Shown one piece after another: positions 38,284 through 49,657 of a stretch of 64,000 bases of DNA. Position 1 is the first letter of the stretch; the number at the start of each line of letters is the position of its first letter. The translations under genes were made by a program, and so were the position numbers. Source of the stretch: Adineta vaga (Eukaryota; Animalia; Rotifera); NCBI GenBank assembly GCA_021613535.1, contig CP075496.1, positions 620,001-684,000 on the forward strand, written 5' to 3'. Under the pieces are notes generated by a model. That model made no database searches, was not told the origin of the DNA, and worked only from the letters and a program-made list of their open reading frames with translations.

Positions 38284-38576
38284 AATATTTTCTCATCTTT
38301 TTCTTTTTTGAATACATTATTATTCAATTAATATTGAAATTAATAGTTGATGTATTTCTAAAAAAAAAGACAAAAGAAATATTACAAGAATTACAAGAAT
38401 ACGTGACTAGCATTCCTTTGACAAATCTTTTAAATATCAACAAGATGTTTATCGAAAGAGAAAGAAACTCAACGGGAGGTGTTAACACGCAAACGAATAT
38501 GAGATTGTTTAGAAATAGTTTTATCGATGAATAGATTTCCTGTGATTTCTCTTGACATTTTTTTGATTTTCTTGTC

Positions 38577-38644
38577 TTAAGGGTGGGTGGGTGTGGGTGT
38601 GGATCTGAATATAATACAGACACCCACACCAAGACCCACCTTAG
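38577..38644. repeat. Short hairpin element, family 2 (TTAAGGGTGGG...CCCACCTTAG)
   Basis: Inverted repeat read directly. The TTAA-like flanks followed by GG would fit a Kolobok-type MITE (inference). Confidence 0.55.
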
Positions 38645-38732
38645 TTACTGCTAAATCATTTTTTAATTATTGCTCAAATAAATACAAGCCATTCAATATG
38701 AAAAGTGAATAAACATAGAATTTTTATATAAA

Positions 38733-39146
38733 TTCAAAAATATATAAGATTAAATAACGAGATGAAATTGTATCTATTTAATCAAATCACGTAGTTGAAC
38801 TAGTTGTTATAGAACGATGAAATTAGTATATAACTAGAGCTTTCGACTCTTCTTGGAGTCATCATCAGTAAAGACATATTAATTCGTGTATTCGTAGTCA
38901 CATAGGTGAAGAGTTATACATATTTTTCATCTTAAAATCAACATCAAAGTCTTATAGATCGTGTTCGTGTTTATTTTCTATCTCTTGTTAATGTTTATGT
39001 TCTTCTACTGATGATAATGACTCGAAAAAGAGTCGAAAGCTCTAGTTATATGCTAATTTCGTCGTTCTATAACAACTAGTTCAACTACGTGATTTGATAA
39101 AATAAATACAGTTTCATCTCGTTATTTAATCTTATATATTTTTGAA
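38733..39146. mobile_element. Foldback/MITE with about 140-bp terminal inverted repeats
   Basis: 38733-38870 is the near-exact reverse complement of 39006-39146, e.g. ATCACGTAGTTGAACTAGTTGTTATAGAACG versus CGTTCTATAACAACTAGTTCAACTACGTGAT. Confidence 0.85.
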
Positions 39147-39834
39147 CAAACCATTTAAATATATGCTGTTCATTGATAGTTTTGATGATACAGAAAAATA
39201 ATTATGTTGATAGAGAACGAGTGAAATGATTAATGAGTAATCAAATTTCAATGGAACGAGAGTAAATCCTTCGAGAGAAAAATATAATTCATTTCTTGTG
39301 ATTAATCAACTTAATCGGTGGGAATGTTTATTGAAAAAATATTTCTGTTATATCTAGCGAGGATTGTTAGAACATAAATGGATCTTTATTTCAAGACAAA
39401 GTAAGATTGAAATGAAAGAATAGAAAAAGAGACACGATTGATTAGAATAGCACAGATAATAAGAAGAAGTAAAGATAGGGCAGATGTCATTTATAAAAGT
39501 GTACAAGTTTGACAGATAATAATATGAAAATGAGTTCTGTAAGAAAAGATTTTTTATTAATAGATTATTTTTTATCTTCATTGCCTTTAGAATAAATATA
39601 ACTATTCTTTCTATTCTTCCGACTAAATCTCATATATTATCAATAGTTACAAGGAAACCGGATGTCAACATTAATATCTGTACAAATAACTAATCTACGT
39701 GGCACAGATAGTCGATGGAAGAAACTGCAATATGGTATAAAAATTATCTTTTTTACCAAAGAAAAGATCAAACATGTCTATTAGATATTGAGCATATGTG
39801 AATGGCCAAGATAAAGACACGATGATAGAATAAC

Positions 39835-39950
39835 TGTCTAATTCGACTTCGAATAGAAATGACGATTTTCAAAAAGTGCTCCTGGTCATTAGTTTTGATA
39901 GATAAAGGTTTAGACTTTGTAACTCATATATATGTGAAGAATTTTGAATT
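39835..39950. mobile_element. MITE family 1, copy c (partial), immediately upstream of the three-module gene
   Basis: CTGTCTAATTCGACTTCGAATAG...GATAGATAAAGGTTTAGACTTT matches copies a and b. Confidence 0.65.
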
Positions 39951-39975
39951 TTAGATAAAATATTTTTGAAATGAA

Positions 39976-42900
39976 ATGATGACGAGTGAAATTGATGAAA
40001 ATTTATTTTATGTTGGAATAAAACGTTTTCGTTCGGTTTTATCAAATTTAAATTTATTTTCTTCAAATCCAATTTGGACATCAAATTTAACATATCGTGA
40101 ACAAATTGAAAGTACTCGTTTATTTTTACTTTTAACATTTATTTCTCTTTTAATAATAATTGGTTATTCATCTTTGAAAATTCATACAAATAAAATTCAT
40201 TTAGAACAATTTTCTTTATCTGATTTTGAAAAACTTGAAAAACTTTATTCTGAAACAATCAATGTTCCATGTAATGAAATTTCTATTCCATATTCGAAAT
40301 TTCTTTATTATTCTCCAGAATTTCATCAAATATGTCAAAGTGATTTCTTAAAATCAAATTATATTTCATCATTATTTCAAATGAATTCTACATCATATAA
40401 TTTATTAGATTTTCGTCGTTTTGGTTATTCATATTTTCGTTCATTAAAATTATTATGTCGAATTTCCCGTCAAGGAATCAAAGATATTTTACAAAGATTT
40501 CATTCAACACATTTTGTTCATGGATATCTTTATTCTCGAAAACAATTTAATGAAATAACTTCTGTTTTTTTCAATAATCTTCAAAAAAATATTTTAAATA
40601 ATGAAAAACGAACAATGAAAATTATTTCAATGATCATTGCACAAAATCGTTTTCTTTCCGCACTTCGTACAAATTATGTTATTCAATCAAAAGCAGGTTC
40701 AAGAATGTACAGTACTTTTAATGTTATGTATTACAATATAGATAATTCAACTTGTGATTGTAAACTTAGTGCTAATCAATGTTTTTATCCAGCGGGTATT
40801 TTTTATAATTGGACTTCACCTCAATTAGGAATACCAGCAAAAGATTTTCCACCACCTTTATATAAAGTATTGTTTTATATTAATTTATTTTTAAATAGTT
40901 GTCATGTTATTTAGATACCGGGTTTAATGGCTGGATGTTTACCACTTGATTCAATTCGTCAATCGACACTTGAATGTTTATATGATGAATTTTGTATAAA
41001 AATGATTTCATTTCAATCAAATAATTCCTTACCGAAAATTTTAAATCAAAATTTAACACGATATTCTCTTAATCGAACCATTGGATCAATATTTGATGAA
41101 TCATTATTTGTAGAATTTTGGAAAAATGAAACAAGTTATGAAAATTATTTTAATTCGTGTTCACCTCGATCATTATCTTATAGTTATCGACAAAGATTTC
41201 ATATTGGAACAATAATAACAATAACTCTCACTTCATTTGCTGGTTTAATTTTACTCTGGGAATTAATAACACCAATTTTTATTCAAATATATAAATTAAT
41301 AAAAAAAAAACGAAAATCTCAAACATCTTCACAACAAACACAAATCGAATCATCAATTATCAATGTCCCAACTAAACCAATTAATAAAGGTTAGAATCTT
41401 TTTCAAAATATCGTTTAGAGCTAAGAACACGTACAAGTACTATCACTTTTATTAGACTTCAACAGATTATTCGCTAGTCAGAAATGATATCATCTTCTTG
41501 TCTTGGAATTTAAAGTTGAATTAAAGTATTGTATTTTTTATTTTGTTACTTAGTTGTTGTAACTCATATTCATCGAACAATAGCTAATTTTAATTTATTT
41601 CCAATAACAAATTCGAAAAGTAAAGAAGAAGATGAATATATTGGTATAATAACAACACGTATTTATCTATTCTTAATAATAATATCTTTAATAATTCTTT
41701 CTTTTTATACAATAATAACAAAACATGAACAAATTCGTGTAATTAAAAATCCAAGTATAAAACAATTTGAAGAATTAACAAATTTAAATTTATCTTCATT
41801 AAATTGTCCTTGTTCACATTTTTCAATATCATATGGTCGTTTATTATCATTATCAGTTGATTATCATTCGATTTGTTCAAGTAAATTAATTGAAAATGAT
41901 TGGTTATCTTATTTTGGAAATATTGAAATTGATATTGAACTTGTTACGTTTTTAACAACAGATTTTCGTGTAAGTGGTCAATCATTTTTTGATTTAATTC
42001 GTCTTTTATGTAAAATGTCCAATGAAACAATAAATGATTCAATAAAATTATTTCAATCAAATCGTTTAATAACATTAAATACTTTATCATCAAAACAATT
42101 TTCAATTGAAATGGAAATTCATTTAAAACAATTTCAAGATAAAACAATTTCATCATTTATTGATTTAATACAATTAATACGTTTATTAATACAAACAAAT
42201 CAATTATCCGAAGAATTATGGACAAATCTTGGTCCATTTGCAACATTTAATAATCAAAGTCAACAATGGTTATTTGAATATCGTTCAAGAAATTTTTATG
42301 AAAATAATTGTTCATGTCAATATTCTAATCAATGTTTTCGTTCAGTTGGATTTTATTATCAAAATGATACAATTCGTTCAAAAACAAATCTTATTGTCCC
42401 AGGTTTAATTTTAAGTTGTTATCCAATTGATTCATTACTTTTATCAACATTTCAATGTTTTTATGATGAAAATTGTATGAAATTTTTAATGAAAAATTAT
42501 TATTTTGATGTGGAAAATTTAGTTAAACCATTAAATCAACGAATATATCAAATAAAATCTCTTGAAAATCACAATTCACGTTTTTATCCAAATACAACAA
42601 TAAATGAAATTTTTTCACAACTATTTATTGAAAAATGGATTAATCAAACAAATTTCTCATCATATTATCAACGATGTTCACCATCACAATGTACTTTTAT
42701 TGAAATTAAACGTTTTGATATTCCTTATATGTTAACAATTATGCTCGGATTTTATGGAAGTTTAACTGCAATTCTCGAAATTATCTTACCTACTTTTATT
42801 CAAATGATTTTTAAAAAATATTTTAAACACAAAACAAATCTCGGTTAGTTTTCAGATATTTTTCATCGACATTATTGTCATCTAGAAGTCCAAGTAGGCC

Positions 42901-44334
42901 TGTCTACATATTCTATTGAAATTCAAAAAAATGATGATGGACAAGAAACCAAACGTGTAGTTAGGTTACTAAGGCAGCGAAAGTGACAAGTTCTAAAAGA
43001 TTGTGACTTGTCTGAATCTTTGTTTTAGAGAATTGTTCACTTCAATAAAGATTATTTTCAAGAAAAATGATCACTTGAAAAATCGTATCAATCTTTTGAT
43101 TTACTTTGATGTTTTATTTAGATAATTCAACAAATGTTGCTTCTTCTCCTGAAAAAGCTCAAATTATTCGAAAAAAACTTAAATCGATTCATTCATTAAA
43201 TTTATTTAAAAGTGATTTATCATCAACAAATAAAGAATTTGAATATGAAGAAATTCTTTTAACACGTATTTATATAATTTTACTTGTGATAAGTATATTA
43301 ATAACAATAATCTATAATGGTCCATTATCTGAAATAAAAGAAACAATAACTATTAAATCTCCATCATTAGAAATAGTTAATCAATTACATAAACAAAATC
43401 TCATTGATTTATCATGTCCTTGTTCAAAATTTTCAATAAATTATTCGAATATTCTTTCAATAAATCCATCTTATAATAAAATATGTTCAAATAGATCTTT
43501 ATTACTAAATGAAATGAATTTAACTGATGATAAAAAACGATATATCAATGCACAAAAACGTTTATTATTTGAACTTTGTAATTTTACTAAAAGTTCAATA
43601 AATAATCAAAAAAAGAATTTTTTAACTCGAAAATTATTAAGTATTGAAACATTAACAAATTCATCATTTGTAATTGAAACTAATGGTTTTATTTCAAGAT
43701 TTATTTCTCAAATTTCTTCAGATTATTCACGAACTTTATCATTTATCATTGGTTCATTTCATGTTAATCAATTATTAAATTTATTTGAAAAAAATTGGAA
43801 ATTAGAATTTACAATCAATGAAAATGAACAAGATTTAATGAAAACAATTCCAAAACAATTTCAAAATTCGAATTGTTTTTGTTCAATATCACCAAATTGT
43901 AAAGAATATTTAATTGATCAAATCTTTTCTGGATGTTTTATTTCTGATAGTTTACGTTTATCAAAATATGAAAATATTTCATTTTATTCATTAAATCAAA
44001 ACTTATTTGTTAAACAATGGTTTAATCAAAGTTTTTATGAAAATTATTTTCATTTATGTCAACCTAAACAATGTCAATATACAATTAATCAAAAAAATAA
44101 TCTTATCTTTATCTTAACAACACTTCTCGGATTATATGGAGGTATTTTTATTCGATTGGCTTTTTTTTTATAATAACAATTTGATTTTCTCGATTAGGTT
44201 TAACATATTTTTTACAATTAATTCTGGGTCAATCTTTATTGATTTATCGTTGGTGGAGGAAAAAAAGACAAGAAAGACAATCGAAATGTGAATGTATTTC
44301 AAATCCATCAATACCATCGGAGATGAAATTATAA
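39976..44334 (+). CDS. 1270-aa membrane protein of three tandem [TM - Cys-rich ectodomain - TM] modules. Exons 39976-40866, 40915-41389, 41554-42843, 43122-44141, 44198-44334
   Basis: Exon phases are all compatible (3813 nt). Each module reads NLF...TR(L/I)(F/Y)+TM, (C/V)PC...SI.Y, IC, LC, CxC...C, (G/S)C...DS, LF(V/I)..W, Y...CxP, then a second TM. Confidence 0.85.
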
Positions 44335-45677
44335 TTCAACTTGAATAAACTAATTATGTATTGTATGATAAACTCATCGATATTTAATCATAAAGAATAA
44401 ATATTTAAATAAAAGTTTTTCTTTAATGATTTGGAGAGAGGTGAGTGTGGGTGATTAGAAAGAAGAGAAACCTTTACTTTTAAATTCGTAGATTTTCTTA
44501 TAGAAAAGAATGAGTAATGTTATTATTGTTGGTTTTCATCAAAGCTTAACATTAAAATAAAGATACAATGCACATCCTTTTCTTTTTCTTTTCTCCTTAT
44601 ATATTTGTAATACTTTACTAAACCATAACATACACGAGTAAACATCTCTCCATCAACACAACTTAAAAACTGTATAATCAATTTGAGTGATGCATATGAT
44701 ATCAATTCTTATGCTAATTGTATGTGGCGCTGTACATAATGTTAAAATGGTATGATCATATAACAGGTTGTTATTCGTTGTAGAGGATTGATAATCATTT
44801 TATGTCGGTAAAAAATGAGTAATCAGTCAGAGTGTTTTTATTTTGACGCTTTATAAAGATCGGTTACCCTTTATGTCAATAAATAGATTAAGTTTTTATA
44901 TACTCGAGAACAATAAAGTAATGTGGTTGAATTCATCAAAACAGATTTTTTTACGTGTTTAAAAGCTTCAAAATCTAGGAAACCTATAAAGGATCTGATC
45001 GCGAGTAAACGCTCCGAACCAAAAGGTGTAATATATAGAACAATTTCTTTGTATTTGTCGACAGATTTTGAAGCTTTTACACACATATACGAAACCTTTT
45101 TGATGGATTAAGTCATTTTACTTTATTTTTTTTTGTGTATCTCCATAGTTTTATTTTTATTCTTTTATGACTCAATCGAAAGTGTGTATGATCTATGATA
45201 TGAGAAATAAAATACTTTATTTCACATTTTGAAATTGATATCATTCAATAATTATTCCTCAGAAAATTGAAAGAAGCTTTGCTTTTTAATAGACAATCTT
45301 TTTTCACCGATTTTCCATTGGTTTTTAGAGCAAAAAGTTCATAAAACTGGTTAATGCAGCCGTTTTCTTATGCATAAATATTGTAGAAAGCAAAAAAGAA
45401 CTCACATAGTGATATAAATATTGCTTCAACATACATTACTCATATTTAAGTGAAACAAGATATAGATTACTCATGCCACGGATAAAAGAATGTGTTGATA
45501 TTATATCACCAGATCTTTCGATGTTTTTTTTTCTTTCTATCACATTCAGGCTGTTTATTGCCTCTATTCTCATCGAAACCCATTTTGCTCTTGTATAGCG
45601 ACTTTTTTTATTCATTTTATGACGAATTATGACATTTTCAAGTTTTTCTCATCTAATTGCAGCACAACGATAAAACA

Positions 45678-45998
45678 ATGGCATCTAAATCTACTTCAAC
45701 TAGTGATCCGATTAGTATCACAGTATCAGTTTCTACAAAGGGTGGCGATAAAGAAACTACTTTAAACAATATATCATTATCAACTACAGTTGGTGAAGTG
45801 AAATCAAAACTGAACGTGAAACCAAATTCACGATTTGGACGTTCCAATCAATTCGAAAATTGGGATAATCGACGTCCGTTATCTGACTATTTTGTTAAGA
45901 ACGGTGAATCATTTGATTGTGTTATACAATGTAATATGGAAGAGGGACAAAGTGCCTTTGATGATTACAATGAATGGTTATCAGCTAACAAGAATTGA
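45678..45998 (+). CDS. Small ubiquitin-like-domain protein (106 aa, no terminal GG)
   Basis: ISITVSVST...LSTTVGEVKSKL...WDNRRPLSDYFVKNGESFDCVI follows the beta-grasp/UBL pattern. Confidence 0.6.
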   Translation: MASKSTSTSDPISITVSVSTKGGDKETTLNNISLSTTVGEVKSKLNVKPNSRFGRSNQFENWDNRRPLSDYFVKNGESFDCVIQCNMEEGQSAFDDYNEWLSANKN

Positions 45999-46551
45999 AT
46001 AAATTGAAATATTCAATAGTGACTTTATTTGATAAAATATTTTTTTGTGTTTATTTATCCACACATCTTCTAATATATATTATTTTCGATTGCCTCTAAC
46101 AAACTAATTTGGGGAATTTATTGTATTTGTGTGCCTCGTTGAGTTTGGAGGTGAGGGTGAGTGTTTCATTTTTGTTTTTGTTTAGTTTGATACAAAAATA
46201 AGTCTGATAACGATTTTGTACAGAATTAGATGGCACATCTTTTCGAAAAACAATTCGTTCTAAAGAACAAAAATATTGAGAGAAACATTGATTCTGCATA
46301 GTAATCGTAATAGAATATGTTCCAAGACTCAATATCGGTCAGAATCATATTACGAAGCACAGATGTCTTCGATATAATTAAAAGTAAATTGTATTTTTTT
46401 GTCGACGTATTTCATTAAGCTTAGTCTTATATTGTTTTCGCTGAAAGACTTAATATTTTCGGCTTCAACTATATAATATCGAATGGCCACATATTTTGCA
46501 TCCTTTTTGGAAAAGTTACAGTAGACATATAGATTCTGCAAAAACAAAATT

Positions 46552-47643
46552 ATGATGCAGCGGTGTTGGATTTTTCTATGTATTAGTATTGCAATTTTGG
46601 TAGCAAATAGTCATGCCGAAGATCTACGTGTCAATGTGTTTCCAATTCAATCAAGATTTGCCTTTGTACAAAATGTCAGCGTCATCCTGAGATATAGCAA
46701 TACTGGTAGTGATACGATATCTATTCATAAATGGTTCTTACCCGAAAGAATGTTATCTGAGCAATTATTCGAAGTAACTCGAGATGGTCAAGCTGTCGAA
46801 TATGTCGGTCCAATAGTTAAACGAGGTGCACCCAACCCTGAAGATATCATCATCTTAACCCCAGGTATGGAAGTTAGTTCTGTTGTCGAGCTGTCATCAG
46901 TATACAACATGACTGAGAGTGGCAATTATGTTATTCAATACAAGATGGATGCTGACCAGGTACTGTTCACAACAGATAGTGCAACCAAGAACCGAATGGC
47001 GTTATTGAATGATGCTCGAGAGCATGTAATACAGTCGGATCCTGTAGTTGTTTTTGCTGTAGGACGTCGAAATCAGTTGATTGAAGAATCTGTTCGATAT
47101 AATACACAAGCAAGAGCACTCACACCGACTTTTATTGGATGTTCAGCTAGTAGATCCACGGCCATTAGTAGTGCTATGCGTGCAGCTGAAAGCTATAATA
47201 GCAACGCTCTCCAATATCTGAACACACTGTCATTGGGCACGACTCGTTATACTACTTGGTTTGGCACATTTTCACCCAACAATCGAGGCATCTTACAAAC
47301 ACACTTCACAAAAATTAGAAGTGCGTTGGGTACTAAGACGGTATCGTTTGATTGCACTTGTCCGGATAGCAGCCTCCAATCAGCTTACGCCTATGTTTAT
47401 CCTTCCCGGCCTTATACAGTCTATCTGTGTAATGCATACTGGAATGCGCCGGCAACTGGTACCGACAGTAAAAGTGGCACAATAATTCATGAATTAGCGC
47501 ATTTCACAGTTTTGGCCGGTACAGATGATTATGGTTATGGTCAAGCAAAATGCAAAACACTTGCTCAAAGTTCTCCAGCCAAGGCGATTATGAATTCCGA
47601 CAGTCTTCAATATTTCGCCGAAAATAATCCACACTTGAGTTAA
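46552..47643 (+). CDS. Intronless secreted M35 peptidyl-Lys metalloendopeptidase (aspzincin) prepro-enzyme
   Basis: Signal peptide, prodomain FEVTRDGQAVEYVGPIVKR, mature domain GCS...RYTTWFG, YAYVYP, LC.AYW.AP.TGTDSKSGTIIHELAHF...GTDD (HExxH + D), NSDSLQYFAENNP. Confidence 0.9.
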   Translation: MMQRCWIFLCISIAILVANSHAEDLRVNVFPIQSRFAFVQNVSVILRYSNTGSDTISIHKWFLPERMLSEQLFEVTRDGQAVEYVGPIVKRGAPNPEDIIILTPGMEVSSVVELSSVYNMTESGNYVIQYKMDADQVLFTTDSATKNRMALLNDAREHVIQSDPVVVFAVGRRNQLIEESVRYNTQARALTPTFIGCSASRSTAISSAMRAAESYNSNALQYLNTLSLGTTRYTTWFGTFSPNNRGILQTHFTKIRSALGTKTVSFDCTCPDSSLQSAYAYVYPSRPYTVYLCNAYWNAPATGTDSKSGTIIHELAHFTVLAGTDDYGYGQAKCKTLAQSSPAKAIMNSDSLQYFAENNPHLS

Positions 47644-48215
47644 TATTCTTTATTTAATCTTTTTTTTTTCGTTAGTTATAACTTATTCGTTTGTAATAAT
47701 TATTCGAAAATAAAGAAAGCACAATAAGAATTCCCATCGGAACATGTTTTAATCATAACTGCTGAAGACTATTTTCTAGTACTTACATATATGTCAGCTG
47801 ATAATAAACGTCTTATCTTGCATCAATCAATTGTAATCTTATTAATATATGTTATTTAAAAATGAATATTAATTACGACTAAACATTTCCCGTCTTATAA
47901 TATTTGAAGCACAATATTGTCTACTAAACATTTTTATATAATTTAATAGGATGAGAGTAGACATCTTCTCTTTCATTATTCTTACCTGAAATAAGTTTAA
48001 TTTCGAACGAGAACGTGTATATTTTAATCTATATTCTTCGGTAAAAAGAAGAATATTTATTTTTTGATAAAAAAAAGAAAACTTTTCATCGAGTTTATTC
48101 TTTTTATCTCATTTAAATAAAGAAGAAAAAAAAGGCGAGAAATTTAATGTTATCTAAACATATATAAATGATAACAAGTATCATTTCATTTTGTTTTATT
48201 TGTGAAATCTAAAAG

Positions 48216-49605
48216 ATGCATCTTCATATTTCTTTAATCATTTGTTTTGCATTATCGATTGTTTCAAGTCGTAATTTTGAACGAAAGAAAGGTTCCATTT
48301 TATCTGAAAGTTTTATCAATCGTATAAATCAAGCTCAAACAAAATGGGTAGCTGGACCAAATAAATTTCAAAATTGGTCAAAATCTTCAATTAAACGATT
48401 GATGGGTGTTCTTCCTGATCATTTTGTTCAAATAAAACATCTTGATCCATTGATTCATGAAGTTCCCAATGATTTACCAACAAATTTTGATGCACGAGAA
48501 CAATGGCCAAATTGTTCAACAATCAAAGAAGTTCGTGATCAAGGAAGGTTTGATAAAATACCAAAATGAGAAAAATTTTCAAGAAATAATCGAGTTTTTA
48601 CTTTAGTTGTGGAAGTTGTTGGGCATTTGGTGCTGTTGAAGCCATGTCTGATCGTATTTGTATTGCATCAAATGGTCAAAAAAATGCACATATATCAGCT
48701 GAAGATCTTGTTTGTATGTTTAAGTTTGAATATATATATAAATATACAAAATATTTTCTTTTCTTTTCTTCAGCATGTTGTTTATTATGTGGACAAGGTT
48801 GTAATGGAGGTTTTCCAACTGCTGCTTGGAATCATTATCGATTTACGGGATTAGTTACTGGTGGAAATTATAATTCGAAAGAAGGTTGTGAACCATATAC
48901 AATTGCTTCATGTGATCATCAGTAAGTTTAAAAATAAAAGTTGAAAATTAAACAAATTTATTTGTTATTTTAGTGTCAATGGAACTCTTCCACCAGTAAA
49001 TTTGTTTTATTTATCAAAAGAAAATATATTTTCTTTATTGTAGTGTCAAGGTGAAGAACCAACACCACATTGTAGTCGTAAATGTATTGATGGTTATCCA
49101 ACACCATTTGATCAAGATAAACATCACGGTAAAAGTGTTTACTCAGTAAAATCTCAACAAGAACAGATTCAAACTGAAATTATGAAAAATGGACCTGTTG
49201 AAGGAGCTTTTTCAGTTTATGCTGATTTTCTTGCTTATAAATCCGGTGTTTATCAACATACAGCTGGTTCGTTTCTTGGTGGTCATGGTATGTTCAACAT
49301 TTCTTTTTCTTTTTTCTGTTTGAATAAATCAGAAGAATTCAAAACAAAGACAAATTTTATTTGATTTTTATTTTTAGCAATTAAAATTCTTGGTTGGGGT
49401 GTTGAAAACTCCAGTCCATATTGGCTTGTTGCTAATTGTAAGTTGAGATATTTTCGAGAGAAACAAAAAAACCACGAAATTTATTTTTATTATTTTAAAA
49501 GCATGGAATGAAGATTGGGGTGATAAAGGTTTCTTTAAAATTCTTCGTGGTTCTGATGAATGTGGAATTGAAAGTGGTATTGTTGCTGGTGAACCCAAAC
49601 TTTAA
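48216..49605 (+). CDS. CTSB: Cathepsin B
   Basis: [45 protein letters not shown], occluding loop [40 protein letters not shown]. Confidence 0.95.
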
Positions 49606-49657
49606 TAAACGATTGAAATATTTTTCTTATTGAAAACTAATACTAAAGAAATAAATT

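Noticed and set aside
46552-47643. Bacterial contamination as the source of the foreign-looking genes
   Set aside because: They are interleaved with intron-rich metazoan genes, several have spliceosomal introns, and there is no prokaryotic operon structure. Only read-level checks could fully exclude a chimera.
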